Positions 28,901 to 40,063 of a stretch of DNA of 64,000 nucleotides are shown piece after piece; positions within the stretch are counted from its first letter, which is position 1; the number at the start of each line of letters is the position of its first letter. This DNA is from Macrostomum hystrix (taxonomy: Eukaryota; Animalia; Platyhelminthes): NCBI GenBank assembly GCA_950097015.1, contig CATNEN010000001.1:620001-684000 (forward strand), given 5' to 3'. Below the pieces are notes generated by a model, which searched no databases, was not told where the DNA came from, and worked only from the letters and a program-made list of their open reading frames with translations. The translations under genes were made by a program, and so were the position numbers.

Positions 28901-29524
28901 TACCATTCACAATGACCCACTGCTACAAACCCTAGTACCATTAACAATGACCCACTGCTACAAACCCTAGTACCATTCACAATGACCCTCTGCTTTAACG
29001 CTATAATCATTCACAATGACCCACTGCTACAAACCCTAGTTACCATTCACAATGACCCACTGCTACAAACCCTAGTACCATTCACAATGACCCACTGCTA
29101 CAAACCCTAGTACCATTAACACTGACCCACTGCTACAAACCCTAGTACCATTAACACTGACCCACTGCTACAAACCCTAGTACCATTCACAATGACCCTC
29201 TGCTTTAACGCTATAATCATTCACAATGACCCACTGCTACAAACCCTAGTTACCATTCACAATGACCCACTGCTACAAACCCTAGTACCATTCACAATGA
29301 CCCACTGCTACAAACCCTAGTTACCATTCACAATGACCCACTGCTACAAACCCTAGTTACCATTCACAATGACCCACTGCTACAAACCCTAGTACCATTC
29401 ACAATGACCCACTGCTGTAACGCTATAATCATTCACAATAAATGAATAAATAATCTTATTATTTAACCTCCTGATTTTTTCCAGGAAATTCAACATCAGC
29501 TCATCGGTAGAGTCAAACAGCTGA
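13451..29524 (+). CDS. FMN: Formin, FMN/cappuccino subtype. Predicted exons: 13451-15752, 22789-22946, 23908-25355, 25987-26260, 27057-27339, 27423-27612, 29485-29524 (last exon frame uncertain)
   Basis: FH1 polyproline at ~24680-24760. FH2 motifs [62 protein letters not shown] and PKDFFSHWAAFCTDFK. GT-AG junction phases are consistent across exons. The N-terminal MGQKQ exon is joined by inference from phase. Confidence 0.85.
16170..16350. repeat. 21-bp purine-rich minisatellite GGGGCAAGGGGAGAAAGAGAC
   Basis: About 8 tandem copies in formin intron 1. Confidence 0.95.
16862..17120 (-). mobile_element. SINE family A copy (partial)
   Basis: Reverse-complement match to the 30385-30746 copy. Confidence 0.8.
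18040..18162 (+). mobile_element. SINE family B 3' fragment
   Basis: gtccatggactgaacagc..tacgcagccttcagatgcgccgcgca is shared with the 23151-23465 and 60598-60897 copies. Confidence 0.7.
18682..19045 (-). mobile_element. SINE family A, full-length copy
   Basis: Reverse complement of the head GGGGTCGGTGGCAGAGCGGTTAACGCG. (ATT)n-like tail. Imperfect flanking duplication ttgctata.tgttaa. Confidence 0.88.
19094..19963 (-). mobile_element. Internally deleted Tc1/IS630-like DNA transposon retaining the N-terminal HTH region of the transposase (ORF 19259..19747)
   Basis: TA at both flanks. Imperfect TIRs CACTCAGCAAC...AACCGCCACCCTAGAGCGAGGG. The ORF has a paired-like HTH (AIGMLEAGMSIRAVARQFGRSRSTI), SAQTIRRRI and RKKRKRPRLT, and stops before the DDE domain. 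Confidence 0.85.
20713..22335. repeat. Compound minisatellite: a 46-bp unit grading into a 31-bp deletion derivative
   Basis: GACAGATTCCTCAACCGATCTACCAAAGATGACAAACTGCAAGAGT (46 bp) then GACAGAACCAAAGATGACAAACTACAAGAAT (31 bp). Confidence 0.95.
23151..23465 (-). mobile_element. tRNA-derived SINE family B
   Basis: Minus-strand head GTAGCCTAGTGGTTAGGGCGTCGGAC...GGTTCGATTCCC (pol III A and B boxes), central ...AAATGGGTACCAGC, (ATT)n tail. Confidence 0.85.
25367..25867. mobile_element. Cluster of rearranged SINE family A fragments in both orientations
   Basis: Head on + (25367-~25480), body on - (~25505-25790), tail piece on + (~25797-25867). Confidence 0.75.
26597..26968 (+). mobile_element. 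SINE family A, full-length copy
   Basis: A box TGGCAGAGCGG, B box GTTCGATTCC, (ATT)n tail. Confidence 0.9.
27655..29438. repeat. 35/34-bp two-variant minisatellite filling the last predicted formin intron
   Basis: CAATGACCCACTGCTACAAACCCTAGTACCATTCA interspersed with CAATGACCCTCTGCTTTAACGCTATAATCATTCA. Confidence 0.95.
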
Positions 29525-30384
29525 ACCGGCGTTCGGCTGACTTTGCCAGCGGAGTTCTGAGTGCATGATAAGTGTGCACGAATCTACTTGAAATTTAATC
29601 TAGCACTAATTGCACTCAATATCAGCAACACAATTTCAACAAACCTGTTGTGTACATGACTAGGTATTAGTCCCTGTCATAATGATTTTATAAAGAGTAT
29701 AAAAAGTGGCCCACATCTTGTCACATTGTTTAGTAGTCGTAGACAAATCATTCATTGAAGATGTACATGAACAGCCAATTCATTGGCCGTAGTTTCAATT
29801 CGCTATTTTGAGTTTATTTATCTTAAAAAAACCAATTATCTAGCTGCTTGATTAGCTTATTTGTGCTATTAGGCAACATTGTTGTTGTCAAGCACCAGTC
29901 CCGTGCACTTTCAATTGAATCCGAAATTTCTATTCAAATAAAATCAATAATATAATTTGAATTGCTGTAACGCAAGCACCATAAAAACATGGAGTTGTTG
30001 TTAATTTTTAATTGTTAATTAAATTAAAATTGTTCTTCAGGTTAATGAGTACTCACGTGAACCTTTTATATAGACTAACTAAACATTTCGTCTGGTCAAT
30101 TAGGGTATTGTGCGAGAAATAGTACAATCTGTATCGCCGTCTTTTAAACAAAACTATTCGAGTATTTTAATTCAACTTCATACATTTCGGAGATAACTAA
30201 GGAAAAACAATAAAAACACGAATTCGATTTTGTAAAATTTGTTGTAAAGCACAAACAAACAGAAGGATTTGATGCAGTTTTAGAGAAATCGAATTAACGG
30301 ATCAGTTTAACTTACTTACAGTCGACTTATTAAAAAGTTCTTTCAAATAAGACTATTTTTTCTCAATTCACTAAAGCTACACAA

Positions 30385-30746
30385 GGGGTCGGTGGCAGAG
30401 CGGTTAACGCGTTTGCCACTCGCACCACGGTCCCTAAGTTCGATTCCACGGCGAGGCCACATTTATTTGGGGCGCAGCCGCGGAGAGAAGGCTTGGGGGC
30501 TTGTCGTGCAATTTACGCCCTTGAGGGCCAACCTCCAAGGCACAGTGGGAGTGTACACTGCCTGACGATGAGAAAGTCAGGGCAGATGTACACACCTGTG
30601 TAAGCGTATGCCTGCGTACGGTATCTGTGTGCGTGTGTGCTCAGGAGTCAGCAAAATGGGCAGAATTGCCTCCTCGATGGCTGCGGGTCTAGTGTCACCA
30701 AATTATGTGTCATTGCCCGTAGCCCTCCTGCAATTATTATTATTAT
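30385..30746 (+). mobile_element. SINE family A, full-length, with 13-bp TSD TAAAGCTACACAA
   Basis: TSD at 30372-30384 and 30747-30759; pol III A and B boxes; (ATT)n tail. Confidence 0.93.
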
Positions 30747-30865
30747 TAAAGCTACACAAAGGGAGCTTTAGTTCAATCGTATTACCAAAATAATTTGATT
30801 AATAGGTTTTTACTTTTCTGGCTCGTCCACTTCTAAAGCTTAACAGAAGTTCAGGCGAAACTTCT

Positions 30866-32622
30866 TCAGCACGCGGTTCCTGGCGGCGACAGCAGCGTCA
30901 GGGAGACAGCGCCGTGTCCCTCTGTCCAGTGGCTGAAGGTGCAGCCGCTGTCTGAGCAGAACGACCCGCCGCCTCCGCCTGAGTTGGTTTTGTCGAGACC
31001 CGCGCCGCCTCCGCTGTAGCCGCCGCCGCCAGCACCGGCGTTGTCGTCGCCTCCGCCGGCGCCTCCGAACCATCCACCGGCGGCGCCGCCGATCCAGCCG
31101 AACTGACGACCTCCGCCGGTTCCTCCGTCACGATCCGTCAGACGATGGTCGAGCTGGCCGCCGAGCCAACCGGCTCCGCAGCCGCCGGCGAAGTGGCTGG
31201 TCTTCGTGCCGTTCAGGTTGCTGAAGCCCGGCTGACCGTTCGCTCCGCCGAATCCGGTAAAGTCGGTTGATGCGGTGAACGGGTACGAGTTGGTGCCGTT
31301 CACGCTCTGCACAGCGTTTCGACCTGAAATGTATGTCCGGATTTAAGGCGCAGCTGTTGTCTTACCCACTCAAGCGGCGACAGATACCGCTGGCTGACAT
31401 TTCATTAATGCTTCCCTTGGGCGCGTCACTCGTCAGTCTTTTGTCTTTGTTGTTTTTGTTTTCTGTGTTGTTAACGTCTCAAATTCCGATACGTCACTAT
31501 AATGACAGTCTACAGGCACTAGGCAGGCACTAAATCACGCAATTTCGTTCATCTAAACTGACTTTCTTATTGCCTGGCTGTGTAAACTCCCACTGTGCCA
31601 CAGAGTTCGGCCCTAAGACGGACATTGTACGACACGTCCCAAATGAATCCGTGTCAAACTTGAGGACCTAATGCGAGACTCGACCCGCCCAATGCTGCTC
31701 TGCCATTCAACATTAAAATTAAGTCTAAAAACTTCTAATAATATTTCTGCTCGCAACTTGTCATGAAATTCACGTCCGTCAGACCGTCGCTGCAGTCTCA
31801 AACCAGATGGGACTCCGTGGAAGCTTTCCCATCATTGATTTATTGTTAGCGAACAGGATCGCGACAGTTATTCATGACAGGTCGCGTCAGTCAGACCAGA
31901 ACAATACCATATTGTTGTAGCCAGACGCAACGCTTTCATTTAGCGTAATTGACAGTTTTATCGAATGCGAATCTAGTGTGATTGATTGCAGCTCACCTGG
32001 ATACCAGGACGAGGCACCACCTCCGCCACCGGCAGCAACGTAAAGCATTGTCTTGTTGAACACAAAACTGCCACCGCCTGCACCAGCGCCGCCTTGAATA
32101 GCGGCACTGTTCAGACCCATCTGACCAACCACAATGAACAGTTGGTTGCCCTTGACTTACTTGACTTAAGAACTGAAGCACAGAGAGACTACAAATTTCA
32201 AAACCAACACAGCTTAATTACCAGAACACTTCTCGCTAAAATTGCTCGAAAAGCGCCTTCGCTGCAGAAACTGCTCAAAGTCGGCTGCCTTCCAGCCACT
32301 TCCAGCCGCAAGCGCCACCGACCTTCGCCGATGGCTGCCTAAAGGACCCGGCCTCTGCGACGCATCGTTGACCATCACAATCTGGCACACTCCGTCAGCT
32401 CTCTGACTTGTCAGAGCACAGCCTCTGATCCGACAGCGAACCAGACACTCGGCTGACGATGTCACTCCAGTGAGGTTGACAAGCTCGCTGCTCACTGCGG
32501 TGTCCAGCTCGATGCTCAACTCTTCGGCCCGAATGAAGGAGGTCACCAAGTAAGTCAGCAGCCTGGACTGCAGACACAACAAGCCGCTGGACGAGGCACA
32601 CTTTGAGAACTGCTGACTGCAT
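30866..32622 (-). pseudogene. Copy A: signal-like peptide + PAN/apple-like domain + ALK/LTK-type glycine-rich domain, disrupted
   Basis: MQSAVLKVCLVQRLVVSAVQAAD is out of frame with YLVTSFIRAEE..ECLVRCRIRGC (1-nt insertion near 32553 relative to copy C). The middle segment is missing. Retains VVGQMG..GAGAGGGSFVFN..YVAAGGGGG and a last exon with GGCGAGW..GGYSGG..GGGGGSFC. Confidence 0.7.
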
Positions 32623-33104
32623 TGTGTTTAAAGTTTTTCTCAAGAAACAGTTTTGATTATACTGACGTTCTGTGAGGCTTTCAATGCATGCAATATTTCA
32701 ATACTGTAATATTGATATTGCTCTGTCATCTTTATGTTAGGCTCTTAAATATATTTCTGATTAGTGATTTTCTTTTTCAAATAAATTTTCAATGATTGGG
32801 TTCGCAACGACCAGGGGCAGGCAGTAAAAGAGATAATAAGGTAGCACAAGCATTCAGATGAAACTCATTCAGTCAGGACTATGCAGAACTAAACTGATCA
32901 TCATAAACAGCTTGACACAGCCTACACAAACTCAGCCAGCCCATCATGTCACTGCGGTTTTGTTACTCAAGCTGCTAATTTTTACCCTCGTACAAACACC
33001 GTTTACTAGAACTCGATAGTAACAAAATCCTGTTTGCATAGTGGTTTGGTGTCGATGCTTCTGTCTTCAATCTGTGCAGCAACAAGCGATCGATCTCTTC
33101 AAAA

Positions 33105-34779
33105 TCAGCAAGTGTCCTCAAGAAGGCGAATTAGAATGTTGCTTAGCGGGCTGTCGGAGTTTCTACCGTTTAAGTACACGCAGCTGACTCCACCGCAGAG
33201 TGAGCCGCCACCGCCACCAGCGTGTCCGAAACCTACACCGGCGCCACCGCCGCTGAAGCCTCCGCCTGCACCTGGAGCTCCCTTGGTGTTGCTGCTGCTG
33301 CTGTAAGCGCCGCCACCGCCGCCGCCACCGAAGCCGCCATCGCCAGTGTTGCCGTCACCGGCTCTGCCGCCAACCCAGCCGTCAGCCAGACTGCCGCCGC
33401 GCTCGCCGTCAAATGAGTTGCGTCTCGGGTTCAGAGCCTTTGCCAGCCAGCCGGCACCGCAGCCGCCGTGATTTGAGATCGAGCTGGTGTTTCGCGGTTC
33501 GTTGAACCCCGGCTGGCCGTCAGCGCCTCCGAAGCCGCCGTATTCGGGATTCATTCCGAGAGAATCGCTGCCTCTGGTTCCAGCTTCTCCTGGGAGACCT
33601 GGATTGAAAGATGTTTTCGAATCACCTTGTTACATTGATTGGCCTTGATGCAATAGCAGAAATAATACTTGCACAGAGTGTTAATACGGGCATATCACTG
33701 AGTGACAGTCGGCAAGCTGCCAACCAGAAGGAAATTCTTCAGTGTGCACTTTTACGATGTCGTAGAGGTTGGCCCTCATGGGCGCAGATCGAAAAGCCTA
33801 AAAGCTAAAATGGATCCGAGCTTAAGAACTCATGAGTTACAGACGGAAGCACAAGTGGAAGAAATATTTAGGGAAAACATAATATTTATGGCTGCACTAC
33901 CGTCGCGAGAGACGTTTGAAAATGAGTTGGAGCTGACTCCGCCTCCTCCGCCGGCTGCCAGGAGCAGCTGACTGGCCATTGTGCGCCATACGAAGCTGCC
34001 TCCGCCTCCTCCTCCACCGCAGTTTTCATTCGCAGCATCGCCGCCGGCCTGTCCGACAACGACTGACAGCTGGGTGTCACGTGACAGGTTGAAGCTGCCA
34101 GCGATGAAGGCGCCTCTGCCGCCAACCTTGCTTAGAGATTTGAATCCTCCGCCAGCAGCTCCTGAGGCTTCGATTCGGTAGCAGCCGCTCACGGGGATCA
34201 CCAGGTGCTGGATGGAGCCGTTGCTGCCCCAGCTCGAGTCTGAAATGACCGACACGAGCGTCAAGGATTTGAAGTCACTCGATCCAACTGGCGGTAGAGA
34301 CTCACTTCCAAACTGGACAGTGAAGTTCGTCAGGCGTCTTGCCCGAAGCAGCTCCTCGAAGTTGTCCGCCTTCCACACTGTCACACCGGCCTCTGATCCC
34401 ACAGCTCTGGCCGCGTGAGTTCCGTTCGGTCCCGGAGTCCTAGACGCATCATTGATAAGCAGCAGTTGGCAGACACCTGAGCTGAGTGACACACTGGCTG
34501 TAGCGCAGTCCCTCAGGTGGCACCTGTACAGACAGTCCCTCACGGACCAGCAGTTGGTCTCGTTGATGACCTCACTGCTGACAGAGTCGTTGATTAAGAG
34601 AGGTCGTGCAGGGGATTCTACATATTTTGCACCGGTCGCCGCTATCCTAGCTGAAGAGGAATTTGTTATTGGCGTGTAAATTTTTCCACCAAAGAGACAT
34701 CAAAGCAGACAGGACGAGATTACCGGTAAGACCGTAAAAGAACAGCAGTTTCAAACCGAAAATTAGTATTGGTCATCAT
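33105..34779 (-). CDS. Copy B: putative secreted PAN/apple + ALK/LTK-like glycine-rich domain protein. Exons ~34650-33901 and 33598-33105; first exon uncertain
   Basis: SVRDCLYRCHLRDC..GVCQL (PAN-like). YRIEASGAAGG..GRGAFIAGSFNL..LSVVVGQAG..GGGGGSFV..LLLAAGGGGG and GGCGAGW..GGFGGGGGG..GAGGGFSGG. Phase-1 GT-AG intron at 33900-33599. No TM segment or kinase. The nearest ATG is out of frame with the hydrophobic leader PILIFGLKLLFFYGLT. Confidence 0.7.
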
Positions 34780-35184
34780 ATTTTTATATATTATATGTCA
34801 CAGTGGACAGATTAGAGCCGCAGCGAAATTTAATTTGTGATAGCTGACTCCTCAAGGTAAACAGCTTTATAATCTGAATTCGCTAGTTCAACTGGATTTT
34901 TATATATTTATTCGCAATTAAAATACACAAAGCTTCGTGTGAAACTTTGAGTCTGGACACATGCTGAAACAAAGACTTCTCAACACTCGTAATCATACTC
35001 GAAAAAATGCAGAAAAATTTTTACTACGCATTCGTAAAATCTCAACTGTGACAACAGCACGGCTTATTCGTGTATCAACGACCATAGACACTCGTGCTCT
35101 TCGGCACGTGAAGATATTCAAGATACACTCGAACTCCAAGTTAAGTATAATGTACAAACACCCATTTACTAGAACTTGATCGCC

Positions 35185-37494
35185 TACAAAATCCTGTTTG
35201 CTTAGTAAGTTTGGTGTCGATGCTTCTGTCTTCAATCTGTGCAGCAGCAAGCGATCGATCTCTTCAAAATCAGCAAGTGGCCTCAAGAAGGCCAGTCAGA
35301 ATTTCGGTTAGCGAGCTGCTGGAATTTCAACCTTCAAGAACAGAAATTAACTAAGAGGGGCCCGATCTAAGTCCTACATGGCGTAGCTCTCCAGTCATGT
35401 CATCCCAACGACTGCGAGTGTAGGTTTTGTGGACGTTCAGGATCAATGTAAGTAGTGGTGTGGTGGTCTTTAAAGACGTGAGTCTTAACGGAATATTACT
35501 TTAAGCGACAGTTTTAATAAGTGATTTGAGATGCTAATGGAACTGCTCTCTTGAGTCAAATCTTGGCAACTTCTATGCGTTTAAGCTTTTACACTAGAAC
35601 TGAAGAATTGAAACTGAAGAACTAAAATAATTGAACGTACCAAAGATGGCTGCAAACAGCACCGCTGCAGGTAGCTTGGCCGGCAGTTTCATCATTGAGC
35701 TGGTTATTTCTGCAAGTGTTGAATCTGCTTTGTAAAGCGCTTTGTTTTTAAAGCTACACAAATGCGTTTTGCTGGGTTCATTAAAACAAAACTTTTGCAG
35801 TTTTGCATTCTGCCTCTGTCAGTGTGCTTTTTAGCAATAAACACGCAAGATTTTCATGCCTAGTATAGTGGATTTTTTAATTAATTTGCTGAATATTATT
35901 TCATTCCAACACTGGGGTATATCTGCCTCATTAATTCTAGCTGACTTGCTGTTTGAACCGCTCCTATGTCCGATCGAGAATTTGATGCATCCGCGTTTTT
36001 ATGAGCAATATTTTTAGGCCTATAATTTTTGGACCAATAGAATTGAATACTTTCTGCTTTGGTACTGCAGGTTGAGGGGTCTGAACTGTTAACTGTCCCA
36101 GTGGAGTGGGCAAGACAGTGATGCAGCTACCATTGCGGCTACATTTCAAGCGATACACTCACAGTCTTTAAATGTACAGATGCTGCTAACTGCCGCTCCG
36201 CCGAATCCGGTAAAGTTGGTTGATGCGGTGAACGGGTACGTGTCGGAGCCGTTCATGCTCTCCACCGCGTTTCGACCTGAAATTAGCGTCAAACTGTATA
36301 GAGCACATTGTGTACCAGTGTGCTTAATTTCACATGTGCTCTCTTTGTTCATACACTAATTGAAACGGCTCCGAGTACAACATTAATCAGGTTTTTTTGT
36401 TTTTTTACTTGTATTGACTCAAGACTGTAGTTTTCCTAATTAAAACTTTGATAGACACTTAATAAGCAATATCTGTCGCATCCGCTTTCTAAACCATCAC
36501 AAGACTTCATTAGTATAGTAAAGTAGCACTTTGAAGCACCTGAAACTCAGAGCGTCAGTCCTAAATGTATAGTTTTACAATAAACGGTGTATTAAAAAGA
36601 CTGCACTGTGTTTTATAAATAGGTAGACAATAATTTCTTATAAAGCAATAAGCAGACTGATCACCTGAATACCATGAAGATGCCCCACCTCCACCTCTAG
36701 CCGCAATGTACAGCATTGTCTGGTTGTAAACAAAGGTGGCACCACCTCCGCCGGCTCCTGCGTAAGGTAGAGTGCTGTTGCCGCCTATCTGACCAACCAC
36801 CATGCACGGACAGCTGATCGCCCTCCTTGAGACTGAAGCTGCCGCTGGCTTTGATGGCTCGTCCACTCATCTTTGACGGAACAAGTTGGTTGGCGCCACC
36901 TAGAGCTCCAGATGCTTCAATACGATAACAGGCCGTCACTCCGGCGGTTGTCGTCTGCACTGAGCCGTTCCTTCCCGAGCCATTGGCTAAAAAATGTGAT
37001 TTATTATTGGTGTCGGAATATTGTCTCCAGCCTCCAGGTATTTAATGTGAAAAGAGCCTTCGGTGCCTCTCAAAAAACGCTCTGAGGCACGCTCAATCAA
37101 CGCGCCCACCTGAAAACGGTTCGCTGTAGTTGCTGGGCAGCCGCCTTCGCTGCAGAAGCTGCTCAAAGTCGGCTGCCTTCCAGCCACTTCCAGCCTCAAG
37201 CACCACCGACCTCCGCCGATGGTTGCCCAAAGGACCCGGCCTCTGCGACGCATCGTTGACCATCACAATCTGGCACACTCTGTCAGCCTCTGATCCGACA
37301 GCGAACCAGACACTCGGCTGACGATGTCACTAGCTCCAGTGAGGTTGACAAGCTCGCTGCTCACTGCGGTGTCCAGCTCGATGCTCGACTCTTCGGCCCG
37401 AATGAAGGAGGTCACCAAGTAATCAGCAGCCTGGACTGCAGACACAACAAGCAGCTGAACGAGGCACCTGCAGTTTGAGAACTGCTGACTGCAT
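35185..37494 (-). pseudogene. Copy C of the PAN + glycine-rich gene, with multiple frameshifts and a truncated last exon
   Basis: Close to copy A at 37140-37494 and 36190-36280, with several indels (e.g. CTAG insertion near 37331). A 3' remnant at 35185-35335 matches the 3' end of copy B. Confidence 0.75.
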
Positions 37495-38999
37495 TTTCTA
37501 TCGCTTGAATTTGCTTTTCTTTGAAATTGAAGTTTTCCAATAAACTCAGATAAATGTTGATCGTTTATTCCCTGACCACAATGCTTGGTCACTTCATTGT
37601 CGGAGGCCTGGGGTAGCTGCAGAAGCTACTTATTTTAGCATAGCAACAGTATACAAATAAGGTGGAAATGTTGCGACAACAAAACGCATGGAGAGAGAAG
37701 ACATGAAACGCTGGTGGCATCAGTTAGTTTGCCAGTGCTGCTCCTGATAGAACCGCCTCTAACAAGCTTAGATCATAGCTGCATCAAGCAAAATTATGGA
37801 CTGGGCAGCGATATACCGAAGTATTGTGGTTTTAATAACAAATCAATGGGGTTAACATTCGCATGTATGGGAATGAGGTCGTCTGGGTTGCAATATGGAT
37901 GGCCAATTAATTGGATTTCTGTTAACTTGAATTTTTATTATTCTATCCTAATTTTTTTTATGAAAGTTAGCTTTTATACAATAATCGTCAGTTGACAACT
38001 ATATTGCTTACAGTAGCGAGGAGCTAATGTTTTGCAATATAGTCATTGTGTATTGCAATTAGACGTTATTTTATTTATCTATTTAGCCAGTCGCTGACGG
38101 AGTAAAGCGTCAGCGACGCTGGTCTGAACGGACCAAGCAGCGGGCTGTGACTTTTTGAGTTTGATAGCTTAAAAGTGCGCTCTCTGACCTCCCCCACTTT
38201 CTAGCAACGGCATGGTACTTTGTTGTTTTTGTTGTTGTTGATCACGACTGTCCACGCCCAGCACGCCCCGCTAGAGGAAGATGATGGGCGCGGAACCCAG
38301 ACCTGCGGGCACGAAACTGGTTCATCTTGCTGCGTCTGATTGAGACAGTGAAGCCGTCGAGCTGCTAGCCAAAAACGTTTGCTTTGCACACCAGCTGAGT
38401 CAGAAGGCTAACTGGTTGGATGCTCTACAATGGAGCTTGATAGGGATCAATCCACGAACCAGACAAACTGAAATCAGTATCTGCATGGTCGATCCAGTAG
38501 ACTAGAAACGCAGGTACATCTCACCCCAGTATTTCACGCGGTTTCGACCAGTTACTGCAGATTTAAGTCGGTTTGGTTAGAGGACGTCGGGCTCCAATCT
38601 AGAGCCGTTAGTTCACTAAAAATCCAGCATTTTATCCTATTTATCACCGGTACCATCGGAAGGACTGGATTGAGATGTCTTGGCTATGAGATATATAACT
38701 TAATTTAACAATTTATAGCGGAATTTTAAAATGTGTAGTTGCTGCGCAAATACCGATTCCAAAAAGAGCTAATTTGTGATTTGTTGATTTTACTAGTCTT
38801 TTAACCATTTATTTCCTTCTTGTTCTCTCTCATAAAGTTCTCTTCTCGCTTATGTTGTTTGCTGTGACAGCTTTTTCTATCACTGTCAACTAATGCTCGA
38901 AGCCACAGCTTAAATGGAAGTAAGCAAGATTTTTTAAAGTTTGTTAATCAAAACGTACATTCAACCTTAATAACATTATACTTACTTCAATTCTTACAT

Positions 39000-39970
39000 A
39001 GTAGTATGCAAGAGGGGGCTTCTAGGACAAAAATAATCGCAGCCTCCATTATCCACAAACCATTACTTTTATTATTCCCGAAGAGATCAGGAAAAAAAGG
39101 GTCCCCGCCTCTCTCTAAAAAACTCCGTCTCCATATTCTAAATTCTCTACTTTTAATATCCCACATCAGTTTGTAAGTTGAATATCTAGGACAAAAATTA
39201 TCGCAGCCTCCTTAATGCACAAACCATTACCTTTCCTGAAGGAACAAGGTTCCCCCGCCAAAAAAAAATACTTTCCAGTTTGTGAGTTGCACATCTTGGA
39301 CAAAACAAATTATCGCAGCCACTCCCTAAGAGATCATGCACAAAATAGCGAAGCTGCAAAAAGCGTGCCAAGACAATCAAATTAGCACTAAAATCCCAAT
39401 CAAGACCCCAAACCTTGGGTGCTCATCCTCCGAAAAAAAATTAAATTCTTATTAAAAATGCTCCCAATCGTCTCTCCAGGATCTTATTACAAAAGTCATG
39501 AGCCTAATTACAAGAGTAAGTACCAATGCAAACAAGAATGCAGCGAGTACATGAAGAAATATTGTCCCAACGTCGATATCAATGTCCCTAATATTAATCT
39601 AGCAGTTAAGAGTCACTGGTTTCATAAGTATGGAGTAACCTACGTCAAGGACTACGACAGCTACTATAACTTTGCAGAAATCATTAGGCAGCTTACATTC
39701 TCTCAATGATCAACGTCAATACAAACTCTTCACCGTTGAAATCAACGCCAACACCATCTTCAGTCTCAAACTGCAGCTCAATCTCGTGAATCTCCTTATT
39801 ACTTAGCACAACTCTTTTCACTGGATTTGGTTTCTCTACCAGCATCTGTCCTCCAGCAACAGAGTTTGAGATGTTGTACAAAATATTCGTTCGCTTTCCC
39901 TTAAACACCCAATCAAGACTGAGATTACTTCTGATTAGAATATTCAAACCCTTTACAATGTCTGCGATAT
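39000..39970 (+). repeat. Left terminal inverted repeat of the Polinton
   Basis: Reverse complement of 53414-54381 with only a few differences. Confidence 0.96.
39458..39709 (+). CDS. 83-aa TIR-encoded hypothetical protein (left copy)
   Basis: ATG in the AAAAATG context shared by most element genes. MLPIVSPGSYYKSHEPNY...CKQEC...KSHWFHKY. Identical translation in the right TIR. Confidence 0.6.
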   Translation: MLPIVSPGSYYKSHEPNYKSKYQCKQECSEYMKKYCPNVDINVPNINLAVKSHWFHKYGVTYVKDYDSYYNFAEIIRQLTFSQ

Positions 39971-40063
39971 ATTTAGTCTTTCAGCAATCGCTTTAAGAGT
40001 CAGTAGTTAAGAGTTAAGAGTTAAGAGTAAGAGTAAGAGTTTAACAGTTAAGAGTCACTGGTT

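Noticed and set aside
27655-29438. CRISPR-like or telomeric array (contains AAACCCTA)
   Set aside because: Only two recurring unit variants with no unique spacers; the telomere-like word is not tandemly repeated.
39693-39947. Independent 84-aa gene
   Set aside because: It is the truncated minor-capsid 3' fragment duplicated in the TIR and lacks an ATG start.
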